From the NCBI RefSeq assembly GCF_030684315.1, contig NC_081396.1, positions 2,418,001 to 2,482,000 of the forward strand: a stretch of 64,000 nt of DNA, written 5' to 3'. Below the pieces are notes generated by a model. The model was not told where the DNA came from and made no database searches. It was given only the letters and a program-made list of their open reading frames with translations. The stretch is from Stegostoma tigrinum. Taxonomy: Eukaryota. Below, piece after piece: positions 51,341 through 64,000 of this stretch; the first letter of the stretch is position 1, and the number at the start of each line of letters is the position of its first letter. The position numbers and the translations under genes are program-made.

Positions 51341-52189
51341 AACAGGACACCAAGCTAATGTTTCCAGCTGCTCCTGCAGGAAACTCGAAATGGAACCTTC
51401 CTCTTCTATCTCCCCTGTCATACTCCCATCGCTCAGTTTTTCAAAGAGGCCCTCCTGCTGTTCTATTGACCCTGTCCTTAATAAACCGTCCATGCCCCAA
51501 TTTCCCCATTTTCATACTTAGTTCACAATCACATTGTCCCGTTCCTCCAGCTCCGCCCCCTCCATTCAGTTAGCCAGCACCTGCCTTAATCGACCGGAAA
51601 GCTTTGAGACCTGAAAAATGCTTTGTCCAAGTTGATGCCAATGTCCAAATTTTATTTGAATGTTGGAGGATGCGCAGGAGGGATAAGTGCTAGAGAGAGA
51701 GGCTATGTCTAGAATTAATTTTCTGTCATTGGCAGCTCCCTCCCTCTGGGAGCAGGACCCAGCAGAATGGACCTCATTCTGGGACAGCGTCCGAAGGATG
51801 GTTCACATCAGAGGAAGATGCGGGGAAAATAAATAAGTGGTTCTCGACTGGGGGGCTGAAAATGAATAAGGCAATGATCAGGAAGGAAACCCTGGGAGGT
51901 GTTCAGGGAGGACTCACCAACAGCCACTGGAGATCCTAAACTCTGAATCAGAATCATTGATTTGATTATTGGTCTGTAGAAAGGAGCTGGAGAACTGAAT
52001 CCACACAGTGGAGGGGGAGGGAGCAAGCTGGGAGTGGAAGTGGGAAGATCAGTTTGGATTTCAGCTCAGGAAAGAGAGTGTGTGTGGCACGAGAGTTTAC
52101 AGATTTTAGGGAACAGAATGGAAAAAGCTATTCAATCTATAATTCTGAATTTCGATCCTGTTTTGATAGTGTTGACTTCTGTTTTGTCC

Positions 52190-53225
52190 GATGCATGGCT
52201 ACTGAAGGGGGAATTTGCAGTTGAGACATTCAAATTGAATTCCATCTCCAGATCTGAAAGTTGTTTGATCTATTCTAATCTGAATATCGTTGTTCCTTGG
52301 ATGTGGAAGGGAAGGCGTTCATTCTGTTTGTCGACAAACATTTCAAATGTTAGTGAGACTGAAAATGTATTGAGACACACGTACATCCAAATGTGTCTTA
52401 GTGTTGTGACTGCGGAAATAGATTGAGCTATTTTCACAGTCTGTTAAAATATTTCCAAAGAACAAATAAGCCACATATTTGTTTTGTGTAAAGACAAGGC
52501 TTACATTGATCATCCAATCCGGCAAGGCACAAAAACACCCACACCATGGAGAAACTGTGAAAATGTGGGTTATGTAGAAAACCATTTAATTATCAATCAT
52601 GGTTTGATATATATCAACGCACTCATATTGGGCACATCACCATGGAGACACCATGGAAATGTAACGACTGCAAGGTAGGATTCGATTTTCTGCCCCAACT
52701 GGAAACCCTTCAGCGCGGTCGAGTTCAGTCCAGCGCCGGGGAGAAATTATGGAACTGTGAGGATTGTGGGAAGTGATTCTATTTCCATCGCAGCTGGAAA
52801 TAGATCTACACAGTCACCCTTGGGAGAGGACATTCAGTGCTCCATGTGTGGGAAGGGATTTGCAAAGTCAACCTGCCTTGTGTCACGAATGACTTTACAC
52901 CGGGGAGAGGCCATTCGTTTGCTCTATTTGTGAAAAAGGATTCACTTGGCCATCCACCGTCGTGTCACACCAGCAAATCCACACCAAGGAGAAACGTTCA
53001 ACTCCCCTTCTTGTAGAAAGATGTTCAGGTTTCCTTCTGACCTCAATGCAGACAAACAGGATCACACAGGGGAGTGACCTGTGCGACGGGATTTAGTAAG
53101 TTCTCTTTCCTCACAGAACAACAATGCCCTCACACTGTATTTTCAGCGCTCACCTGCTTCCCTGTGTGGGAAGGAATTCATTCAGTTGTCTGAACTGATG
53201 AAACATAAGCAAGATCATGGAGGTC
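52190..53225 (+). pseudogene. C2H2 zinc-finger pseudogene
   Basis: Leader remnant, ccatggagaaac starts and broken fingers (TGERPFVCSICEKGF). Confidence 0.8.
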
Positions 53226-53699
53226 TGTAGACTTTGATTCTGATGCTGATCAGGTCCATGATGGCTAGTTTGATAACTTTTGGTTTGTCGCTGCTCGTAT
53301 GAAAATCCCTTCTGTTGGCTGGTGTTTATATTCTGGATTTTTCACAGATGTTCAGGGCTGAAATGACCATTTTTGGACGTACTTTCACCTTTATTTAAGT
53401 ACTGCCAACAGGAAATTGTTTACAATAAAACTATAAACCTTTTCTTCAATCTTAACTTTATCTTTATCTTTGAAACTTAACCTATAAGTCAGTTTTTAAA
53501 AGATTAACTGATTAAAATCTCCAGTGAAAAATTAATCAGAGCTGACAATTCTTATTTACTTGCATTATTCATCACAATCTCAACTTCATTCTGAAATTCA
53601 ATTCCCAAGGATCACAAACCGGAATAGTGAACTACTTTGCAGGCAGAAGATATAAAAGCTTCATCAATCAACATTGATGTTGACAGAGTTTAGAAGTCA

Positions 53700-54800
53700 C
53701 TGAGTCAAATCATGTGTGACACTGGAGCAGCAACATTTGGGAAAGGCAGAAGCCATTACAAAGTTTGGTTTGAGATCTGCTCATCTGTCACTGAAACAAA
53801 AGAAATCAAGCTGGCCTTATATATGAAATGAATGCAATAACACTTTGCACAACATGAAACTACCTAAGACAGTTATGCAAAAGAGAGGGAGATCCTAAGC
53901 AAACAAAGGTTGGATGGACCAAAACAAGATTCAGGACAAATTTTTAATTACTAATTCTCAAAGAGTCAAGCGGGCAGAAAATGGAGTTGAGGCCGAAATG
54001 AAATCAGCCATGATCATACCAAATAGCAGAGCAGGATCCAGTGGCTGAATTGAAACTCCTGCTCTTATTTCCTATGCACTTGTGTACACAAGAAATCCAA
54101 ACCACTTATAATAGTAAAAATCTTTGTGCTGTTTGTGATGGGGTGAAGAGAGCACTTGGCCCAACCATTAGGGGAGTTGTCATTAGGGAAATTGGCCAGT
54201 GACGTTCTCACTGGTAGAAACAAACAGATGTCCTACTGCAACGAGCACGATTGTGAGCTGTGTTCTCAGAAATTGGATATTTCCCATTATCTCTTATAGC
54301 GTCCAGTCATGGTTAAGTTGCGCGGGGGAAAACTGAAGTTTAGACGGGACTTTAGTTTCTTAACAATCAGAAAGGCCACCTGTGCGAAAGGACTTGCCCT
54401 GAATTTCAGAAGCACAGAAATTCAAAATTACTGCTGCAGCTTTGTGACCTCCTCCACCTCTGCTGGGGCTATTCCCGAGGACATGAGTGGTGCAAAAATT
54501 GTTCCAATGTACAAAATCCCAAACTGCCAGATTAGATTACAACATCCACAGCGATATCTCACTCAGTGTCACGAGGAAAGCCTTCCCTGTGGATCATGTT
54601 AAAAATAGCTTCAGCCACCTTGCAGACTGGCAATGTCCAGGAACACAGTGCAGTCCCTGTACTGGCGGATCAACATGGGACAGAAGAGTAGGGCCCGGGA
54701 TTTAGTTTCTTATCTTACTATTGTAGGTCTTACTAAAGCAGTCAACACCATCAGCAGGGCAGAACTCAACAAGATTTTGGGGGAAATTGGCTGTCCACTT
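53700..54800 (+). mobile_element. Decayed RTE-like LINE ORF
   Basis: IPEDMSGAKIVPMYK, DYNIHSDISLSV and GLTKAVNTISR...KILGEIGCP resemble RTE RT motifs. Confidence 0.5.
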
Positions 54801-55424
54801 GCGTTTGATCGTCGCTGCCTGTTCAGATGGCAGAGGCAGAAACCTTCATAACATTAAAGAAGTGTTTCGATGAATGTTTGCAATACCAGGGCACACAGGC
54901 TACGGGGCAAGTGTTGGAAAATGCGATTGGAATGGTAAGGTGGTTATTTTTGATTGGTGCAGGCTTGATGTACCTAAAGGTCTTTTTCTCTGTTGCAGGC
55001 CTCTGGAACTCTATAGCACGCTCCTTTCAAGACCACAACCACTGTACAGTCTGACAACACTAAGTCTGACAGTTTCAAGGTAAGGAAAACAGTGAAACAT
55101 GCACCAAAATCAACAACCTACTGTAGTACCTGAACGCCATAGATAATTACTTCTCTCACGGAGGTTAGACAGCGAATAGCGAGATGAAGAATTAAAGTCC
55201 CTGAGTGCTTGTACTAAATCATTGCTTCCCAAAACCTTTTCCTGATGTGACACTGTATCAATGTCCTAGACTTTGTATGTCCCCAGAATAAGCTTTTGAG
55301 GCAGATGGTATGAGAATGGGTGAGGGGAGGTAGAAGCAGGCGGCGGTTATTATCAGATTTTTCATGTATTTGGACATATTTTAAATCCAATAACATCCGA
55401 AATATTCATTTTATAAGCCAAGAA

Positions 55425-55925
55425 AGACTTTGATATGATACGATCCTGATTATTGATGGAGTAGAAATCTGATTATTAATTAGAAAAACTTTGAATTGAT
55501 TTCTGTTAGCATCCCGATTATTAGTTCAATAATTTATTGATCGAGTAAGCATGTCATTATGAATGCAACAGGAGCTGTGTAAATCATTGGGTCATGATTA
55601 ATATGACAGAATCCTGATTTTTAATGTAACGGGCCATTGATTATTGCTACAATAAGATCCTGATTGTTGCCACAAAAGGCACCAGGTTATTAATGTGATT
55701 GCGTCCCAATCGTTAATGCGGTCGTCTCTTGAATCTTAGACGAATGGGATTCTAATTATGAATGTAATAGGAAGCTGACTTTTCAAGTAGTTGGACTTTG
55801 AGCATTGATGTAACAGGATCCTCATTATTGATACAACAGGATTCTGATTATTAATGTAACTGAATCGTGACTACTAATGCACTACAATGCTGGTTATCGA
55901 GGCAAGATTAACCTGATTATTAAAA
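55425..55925. repeat. Degenerate 23-bp minisatellite (about 20 units), consensus AATGTAACAGGATCCTGATTATT
   Basis: Consecutive units gatgtaacaggatcctcattatt / gatacaacaggattctgattatt / aatgtaactgaatcgtgactact from about 55807. Confidence 0.8.
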
Positions 55926-56957
55926 TAAAGATTATGTACAATAAGAAACAGACACCTGCCCTTTCAAAGGCTTGTTTTGCAGCAGTGCTGGGGCCTCAGG
56001 GAGTCGTCCATTCCGGCACGTTCATCAGCAAGAAAGCATACGTTTTTAAAGGGACCTTGCAGCTGTCAGATATCAGGCCGAGCTCCACCGCAGCCATTGC
56101 TGACTGAGGACTCGCAAATCCAAGATGCAGATTCTTACAAGTAGATTTAATCAGGTGAAGTGGGTGCGGTTTGGGGGCCGGGTGTGCAGAGAAGCACTTA
56201 GACAGCAGGGTTTTTATTGATTTTGCAATTCTAGTTGAGGATGGACTGAACGTGAGGCACTGGTCAGGGCTGTTGAAATTGCACACATCTCCACGAGCAC
56301 CCATCTCCACCTGGCCGAGTTCGCCCTCACTTTGGATAACTTCTTTTAAGTCCTCTCACTCTGTTCAGAACAAAGCGGTGGCCATTGGTAGAAGCTGGGG
56401 TCATAGTTATGTCCGCTCTTTTTGGGGTTCAGTCAGTTCAAGGGCCATAGGTTCAAAAATGCGAGGAAGGCAGAGCAATTGAGGAGTTTGATGTCACATC
56501 GACAGTTTTCAATGAACAGCTCGGGTGCCGGTAAGAGGCCTGAGAGAGGAGACCAGGTGGAGGGAGAATATTGGAGGCAGTTAGTGAGGCCTTATGGACG
56601 GGAAGAAGACCTTTGTCCAAGTTAATCGGCACAGAGGTGAAGGTGTTGGAAGAAAAGTTCAACGTCATGTCATGGTCGAAATTCATCGAGGTGGAGATGC
56701 AGAGGGGATGCAATTATGTTAGAGGGAGGACTTCCACAAGATTTATTCCAAAAGGAAATAATCAAAAGATCTGATCTTTGCATTATCAGTGCATATTAGT
56801 GCAGCGGATGCTTTTCCGTTCTTTATGTTCTGAAGAAGTGCATTTTAATGCAAAGCACTAAAATGAGATATCCAGAGACTTCAGACTGAGACTTTTATTC
56901 CCAAGAAGATAACATTAGTAATTGGGCACTAAGTTCTTGCCAGAAACAATGATATTT

Positions 56958-58588
56958 ACATAGAACATAGAACATTACAGCACAGTACAGGCCCTTCGGT
57001 CCTCGATGCTGTGCCGACCTGTCATACGGATCTCAAGCCCATCTAACCTACACTATTCCATGTACATCCATATGCTTATCCAAAGACGACTTAAATGTAC
57101 CTAAAGTTGGAGAATCTACTAACGTTGCAGGCAAAGCGTTCTATTCCTTTACTACTCTCTGAGTAAAGAAACTACCTCTGACATCTGCCCTATATCTTTC
57201 ACCCCTCAATTTAAAGCTATGCCCCCTCGTGCTCGCCGTCACCATCCTAGGAAAAAGGCTTTCCCTATCCACCCTATCTAACCCTCTGATTATTTTATAT
57301 GTTTCAATTAAGTCACCTCTCAACCTTCTTCTCTCTAACGAAAACAGCCTCAAGCCCCTCAGCCTTTCCTCGTAAGACCTTCCGTCCATACCAGGCAACA
57401 TCCTAGTAAATCTCCTCTGCACCCTTTCCAAAGCTTCCACATCCTTCTTATAATGCTGACCAGAACTGTACACAATACTCCAAGTGCGGCCGCACAAGAG
57501 TTTTGTACAGCTTCACCATAACCTCTTGGTTTCGGATCTCGATCCCTCTATTAATAAAAGCTAAAACACTGTATGCCTTCTTAACAGCCTGTCAGCCTGG
57601 GTGGCAACTTTCAAGGATCTGTGTACACGGGCACTGAGATCTCTCTGCTCATCTACACTACTAAGAATCTTACCATTAGCCCTGTACTTTGCCTTCCGGT
57701 TACTCCTACCAAAGTGCATCACCTCACACTTGTCCGCATTAAACTCCATTTGCCACCTCTCAGCCCAGCTCTGCAGCTTATCTATGTCCCTCTGCAACCT
57801 ACAGCATCCTTCGTCACTATCCACAACTCCACCGACCTTAGTGTTGTCTGAAAATTTACTAACCCATCCTTCTACGCCCTCATCCAGGTCATTTATAAAA
57901 ATGACAAACAGCAGTGGACCCAACACTGACCCTTGCGGTACACCACTAGTAACTGGTCTCCAGGATGAACATTTCCCATCAACTACCAACCTCTGTCTTC
58001 TTTCAGCAAGCCAATTTTCGATCCAAACTGCTATATCTCCCACAATCCCATTCCTCTGCATTTTGTACAATAGCCTATTGTGGGGAACCTTATCGAACGC
58101 CTTGCTGAAATCCATATACACCACATCAACCGGTTTACTCTCATCTACCTGTTTGGTCACCTTCTCAAAGAACTCAATAAGGTTTGTGGGGCACGACCTT
58201 CCCTTCACAAAACCGTGCTGACTATCCCTAATCAATTTATTCTTTTCTAGATGATTATAAATCCTATCCCTTGTAACCTTTTCTAACACTTTACCAACAA
58301 CTGAGGTAAGGCTCACTGGTCTATAATTACCAGGGTTGTCTCTACGCCCCTTCTTGAACAGGGGAACCACATTTGCTGTCCTCCAGTCATCTGGCACTAT
58401 TCCTGCAGACAATGACGAGTTAAAGATCAATGCCAAAGGCTCGACAATCTCCTCCCTGGCTTCCCAGAGGATCCTAGGATAAATCCCATCTGGCCCAGGA
58501 AACTTATCTATCTTCACCCTCTGAAGGATTTCTAATACTTCTTCCTTGTGAACCTCAATCCCACCTACTCTAGTAGCCTGTATTTCAT
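56958..58588 (-). mobile_element. Young 5'-truncated CR1/HER1-type LINE
   Basis: ORFs 57561-58517 (NYRPVSLTS, DFSKAFD, GVPQGSVLGP, SKFSDNTK) and 57141-57497 separated by frameshifts. 3' tail (atagaac)n at 56958-56975. Confidence 0.95.
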
Positions 58589-59661
58589 CTCTTTACTCCT
58601 GCCACACTCAGAAGGTAAGTTTTCCTGAATAATTGCAGACAAGGTCTCACTCCTTACATTACTGCGTCGATGTGATCTTCAAAAGAAAAATAAGGTAAAC
58701 TCACATCTTCTCGAGACTGTGCAACTGTAGATTCTTTGTGAACGGGTCCAATTACTTCTGGTTATATTCTGCTCAAAGATGCCTCTGCCATATACAAATC
58801 TGTAAAGGTGATAGGATCATTTCGGCACTATTGTTTTCATTGTTCAACTTTCCATGTTGAAATAATATGATTTCCCACATCATTGAGGTTATATTTGTTC
58901 GAAAATAAATGAATCAAATGCTGTGCATTTACAGCAGTTACAGCAGCGTCCATTTCCACGGATGCTAGAGGCTCTATTAAACATTTTGATCGTATTCTGG
59001 TGACTTCGTCTTTTTAATTCTTTTGTTCTTGGATTTATTTTTCGCAGCTGAGTAATGTATTTTATGTCTGGTACATTAGAGATGAGATGAATAAGTCCAC
59101 ATTACAGAAGGCATAGATCACGCCAAAATTTTGAGAGAATGTGGAATTGTTCCTGACTGTTCCATTCTGTGTGGACTGGTCCAGTTCAGCGCGCCTGTGC
59201 GAATTTTGAACTAGTCCATTAATCTTCTAGCTATCTTCAAGATTTCGTTTTCAGATGCCGCATACGGCTGTGACATTTCCCCACCGTCAATGAAGGGACC
59301 AATCGTCGTGTCATCTACAAGTGTAATTTTCTCACCACTGTCCACCCCGCCCCCTAACACGCGCACATTTTCTTCTCTATTATTTATATATGTCACGAAA
59401 GGCTGCAATTTAATTGTTACACAGTCCCAACATTTTTAACAGATGAATTTGTACAAGGATATTGGGGAAAGAGTGACTGAGGAACAATAGGCTACTGAGC
59501 AAGGCAGAAACGAGCACTGCTACTTTAGTAGGAATATGGTGATGGGGTAGTGGAATTGTTAGCTTTCAAGTCTACTAAATTGAAGACAGAAGAGAGGACT
59601 GACCTATTTTGCCAAAGCGACCATGGGTGGATGATCTCAGAATGGCAGGGCTTTCTCTACT

Positions 59662-60335
59662 ATTCATTTGTGGGATGTTGGCGTCACTGGCAGGCCAGCA
59701 TTTCTTACCAACCTCCAGTTGTCCTTGAGAATGTAATGGTAATGTGCCTTCTCAAAGTGCTGAAGTCCTCCTGATGTGGGTTGATCCAAAATGCTACTAA
59801 GGAGCGAATTCCTTGACTTTGACCCAGCGACAGGTGAGGAGCAGTAATATACTTTCAAGTCAGGATGATGACTGACTTGGAGGGGAACTTGGAGGTGATG
59901 GTGTTCCTCTATGTCTCATTCCCTTGCCCTTCTGATGGAAGTGCTCATGGGTTGGAAGGTGCTGTCCAAGTATTTTTGTTGAATTTCCGCAGTGCATCGT
60001 GTCGATAGTATGCACTGCTGGTGCTCACCTTTGGTGATGGAGGGAGTAAATGCTTGTGGCTGTATTGCCAATCAAGCGGGCTGCTTTGCCCTGGATGATG
60101 TAAAGCTTCTTGAGTGTTGTTGGGGCTGCACTCCAGGCAAGTGGGGAGTATTCCATCACACTCCTGATTCGTGCCTCGTAGATGGCAGACAGGGTTTTAG
60201 GAGTCAGGAAGTGATTGTCTCGTACTGGTGTGGCGTGAATGTCACTTGCCACTTGTCAACCCAAGCCTGGGTATTGTCCAAATCTTATTACATTTGAATA
60301 TGGGCTGCTTCAACATCTGAGAAGTTACAAAATGG
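59662..60335 (-). mobile_element. CR1/L2-group LINE 3' fragment, probable partner of the 350-bp SINE
   Basis: IYEARIRSVMEYSPLAWSAAPTTLKKLYIIQGKAARLIG. Its 3' end resembles the SINE tail. Confidence 0.7.
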
Positions 60336-61104
60336 TGTTAGGTATGATTGGAACTTCCTGGAAATTTCAAGAGGAAGCATTTTAAAACACGTCTTTTTAG
60401 GGCCTCGACAGCATAACCGGAGAACATCTGTCACAGGAGCAGTGCCCCGAGATCGGGTTCACAGGAGAAAGATGGATAAAGCTGAGTGACTGAAGCCTGG
60501 GCAGCTATCATTCACAGGCGCAGGTCATACATAAGTCCTAGTACTGAGTCAGAGTCAGCTTTATTTGTAACCCGATGCAATTTTATGCGAGTGTGTTAAA
60601 CTAACTAACTATAATAAATAAGCAGATCACTTTAACAGAACTGGCTGTAATAATTGTATTCACCTTGGAATTGACGTGGCGGGGGTGGCGGGGAGGGGGA
60701 GTGCAACAGCCAATCAGTCGATCGATGGAACAGCCATAATGTGGTGTGCAAGCATTTGAATTTCATTACCAAATGAATGTTAAATAGGTTTACTTTGCGA
60801 AGTAACACCTGGGCATACAACTTGTGAATAATTCGTTGCATGCGATTGCTGTGACATGATTTGAACTCTTCAAGAGAGCTCTTCATTATTGAGGTTTTCT
60901 CGATCGATGTTTGGGTCTGCTGTAGAGTGCTGGAAGCGACTGATTGCTGTCATATCATTCCAGTAGATCCAGAGTGATGGAGAAGAATACAGTATGTACG
61001 AGTTCATTATTGGCAGTGAAAGCAATGTCCTCATTTAATTTTACATGTTTATATATACAACTTTGCTTTACACACCGTGTATTTATGGAATAGGAAGAAA
61101 CGTC

Positions 61105-61730
61105 ATAGGGTCATAGAGATGCACACTGCATGAACAGACCCTTCACTCCAACTCGTCCATTCCGACCAGATACCCGAGATAAATTTACTTCTATTTGACA
61201 GCATTTGGCCCATAAGCCTCTAAACCCTTTCTATTCAAATATCCATCCTAGTGTTTTTAAATGTTGTAATTGCACCAGACTCTACCACTTCCTCTGGCAG
61301 CTCATTCCATGCATGCACCACTCTCTGTCATCTCTAGTTTGGGACTCTTCCATCCCTCGGAAAATATCTTGTCTATTTAACCTTCCCATGCCTCTCATAA
61401 TGTTGTAAGTCCCTGTACTGTCACCGTTCAACCTCCGACATTGCAGGAAAAAATAACCCCAGCCTTTTCAGTCTTTCCATACAGCTCAAACCCTCCAAAC
61501 CTGGCAACATCCCTTGTATATCTTTTCCGAACCTTTTCAAGTTTTACAACACCCTTACTCCAGCAGGAAGAACAGAATTACACGCAATATTCCAAAAGTG
61601 GCCGAATCAGTGTCCTGTACAGTCAGAAGATGACCTCCCAACTCCTATATTCAATGCATTGACCAAAAGCGGCAAGCATATTAAAGGCCTTCTTCATGAT
61701 CTTATCTACCTGTGACTCCAATTACAAGGA
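61105..61730 (-). mobile_element. CR1 LINE 3' fragment
   Basis: Similar to 41470-42120 and 36700-37330. Confidence 0.8.
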
Positions 61731-62064
61731 TTATATCAGATGTCTACTTTCTATATATAAACCCTCCATGTATTGCAATTTTGCACTGAAAAGCTTAGAA
61801 GGTCAACTTAGAGTTGTTTTGTCATTTTTTTTCAATAATTCCCTTTGATTCGATATTTCTCGAACCAGAAATATGGATAGGTTCAGTTCTTTATTGACTA
61901 GAAGAAAGTTCAAAAGTTCAGAAGCTTCATTTCATGAGATAGGTTACCTGTAAAATTCCACACTTTCCCTACATGGGAATGAGAATGATATTCCATCATT
62001 GAATCATTAAACGTTGATATTCAATCACAGGCCAGACGTCAGACCCTTTGATCTAGTCTGAACT

Positions 62065-62160
62065 GAAAACAGAATTTGCTGGAACAACTCAGCCAGTCTG
62101 GCAGCATCTGTGAAGAGAAATCACATTTAACGGTTTGGGTCCATTGACCCTTCCTCAGAA
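62065..62160 (-). mobile_element. Solo hammerhead-bearing repeat (variant 3)
   Basis: CTGAGGA a GGGTC aatg GACCC aaac cgtt: 5-bp stem II intact, GAAA box mutated. Confidence 0.65.
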
Positions 62161-62379
62161 TGAATTATCCAGTCAGAATGTGGATTTCAGGGTGAAGGCA
62201 GGCAAATGGTCGCTATTGGAATCTGCTGCCTCAATCATTTATGAAGCATTACATTCACACGGTGGGTAAAGATTTCAACTCGTGTGACTATGCCTCTGGG
62301 AGCAGAGGCTGTGTGCAACATGGTCAAGAACGAGAAGAGATTGGATATAAAAGGTTGTAGCTATAATAGCTGTACTGCT

Positions 62380-63290
62380 TTATTGTTTAAATAACTTAAC
62401 TATGTGATTTAATGGATAGTTCATCACAGTCTTTAACTCTTCTCTGAATTTACTCTGGGTGCCTGCATAAATGCAAGGGTTGATACAGGAACTCAATAAC
62501 TGAAGCATGAATCCACTTTCATCTAGAATAAAATTAGAATTGGTAAAATCTGTACCTGAGAAATAAGTGACTCTCGCAATTCTGACATAGAGAAACGTTA
62601 CAAGAACCAACAAGTATAACAGGATGAAATTGCCTGAGACACAGAACAGTAAAATAATCGATTTCTTCCGGTTCTCTATTTCAGAGTCAATCTGATCTTT
62701 TCCTTTGGTCTGGATCCTCAGTCTCCTGCGGGCTCTGTTGGCCACTAGAATGTGCCTGATAGTCAAAGAATTTAGCAGTATGATTAAAGCGAATGGGAGA
62801 CAAGGAGTCAAAATGTGATGAATCCAATCATATGCAGTCCATGCTGGTGATGTATAAAATATAGATTTTATGTTGCAGAACCAGGGAACATTGTTAATTG
62901 TGTACAGAGGTTCATATATAAAATACAAGAATGTATTTTTTACACAGCTTAGTGTACAAGCTGCAGCTATGACACGAGCTGCCGTCTTTGTAGTGCAATA
63001 TTTAATTTGCAGCTGCTGGAAACAAATGGCTATAAATCGATCGAAGGTAAAAGCGACAGTTAACCACACAGAACTGTCTATGATAGCGTAGTTTAGCACT
63101 GAACGGAAACTACATACTGGTGTGATCATCAGGAAGCTGACTGGGAAATAAATACCAGAAATCCGATTGAATATCACTGCCGTGATCATCACCAGGAGAT
63201 CTGACACTGCCATGGATACCAGATAATACGTAATACATCTGGAAAGACCGCATCTTCCTCGTGCCAAGATCATAATCACTGCCAAGTTAG
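62380..63290 (-). CDS. Class A GPCR, GPR139/GPR142-like; main coding exon (end of TM1 to C-terminus)
   Basis: MAVSDLLV (TM2), SVWLTVAFTFDRFIAIC (DRF), PWFC, LPFALIILLN and SCINPCIY. Acceptor ctttcaattacag ends at 63291. First exon not identified. Confidence 0.85.
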
Positions 63291-64000
63291 CTGTAATTGA
63301 AAGGGAGAGATCGAGAGATTTTGATGAAAAATGAAGTTTTGTTTTTACATCTATGACAAGGAAGCTACAAATCATGACATTTACACGTGCCTTTTGACCA
63401 CTGGCACATGAAACTGAGCTGGAACACATCACTTGTGCTGTTGCCATCACCTATGTTTGTAATAAAAATTATGATCAAACCTAAGACCAACATTGGCACA
63501 CCGGTAGAATAGTGAAGCAAAAGGTAAAAGTGCTTATGATAGCAATAAAAACAGTTAAATCGACATAGGGGCAGGAAATCGAAAAGGAAAATAATATTTG
63601 TTGTAGAACTGGTCAAAGCTTGATGGAGAAAGTGCGAGTCACTCAGGTTAAAGAATTATCAAAAGGTGAAGGTGGTAACATTCACGCACACAAATGGCCG
63701 CTACCGGGATCAAATAAGGAGGAGGAATGCAGTCCTGATGCTTGATTGAAGACCCAGCACTTAGCAACATGACACAGACGTCTCTGATTGGAAGAAGGCG
63801 CTAAGAGGCTCGGCAATTAAACAGAGAGGATTGAAAATCTGCAACGCATCTCGAGAGAATGATGTGGCTTTTTCGGTTTTGGACTGGGATGGACAGGGAC
63901 AGAAATTACACGATAGAAGATTATAGTCTAACAGGTTTATTTGAAAACACAAGCTTTATTGACCTTCAGAAAATAATCGTGCTCGAGACAACAAAGAAAC

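Noticed and set aside
55425-55925. CRISPR array
   Set aside because: Contiguous degenerate 23-bp units with no unique spacers, no cas genes and a eukaryotic context.
56958-58588. Active CR1 element
   Set aside because: 5'-truncated, frameshifted, and the catalytic FADD motif is changed to FSDN.
60429-60637. Solo LTR (TG...aataaa...CA)
   Set aside because: No TSD, no second copy and no primer-binding site or polypurine tract visible.
63291-63450. N-terminal 53 aa of the 356-aa GPCR ORF
   Set aside because: Lies upstream of a strong acceptor and lacks TM1 character, so probably intron. The nearby TGVP segment (about 63495) has no matching GT donor.

Overview
Eukaryotic (vertebrate) genomic DNA, most likely a cartilaginous fish such as a shark. 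This is inferred from the repeat families (HE1-like V-SINE, HER1/CR1-like LINEs) and a GPR139/142-like receptor. About 53 kb is a birth-and-death cluster of C2H2 zinc-finger genes with no visible KRAB, SCAN or BTB domain. It holds four intact single-exon arrays (15, 13, 12 and 18 fingers) and about eight pseudogenes or remnants, often in divergent pairs around a duplicated CpG promoter cassette. The intergenic DNA is dense in retroelements: CR1 LINEs, L2- and RTE-like relics, tRNA-derived SINEs and at least three Penelope-like (PLE, GIY-YIG) families. The most striking signal is a minimal hammerhead-ribozyme motif (CTGATGA-stem II-GAAACGTC). It sits in the PLE terminal repeat and in stand-alone 120-210 bp insertions with their own 7-14 bp target-site duplications, including a perfect 80-bp inverted pair. 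The main exon of a class A GPCR lies at the right end. Repeat boundaries were read by eye and are approximate unless a TSD is given.
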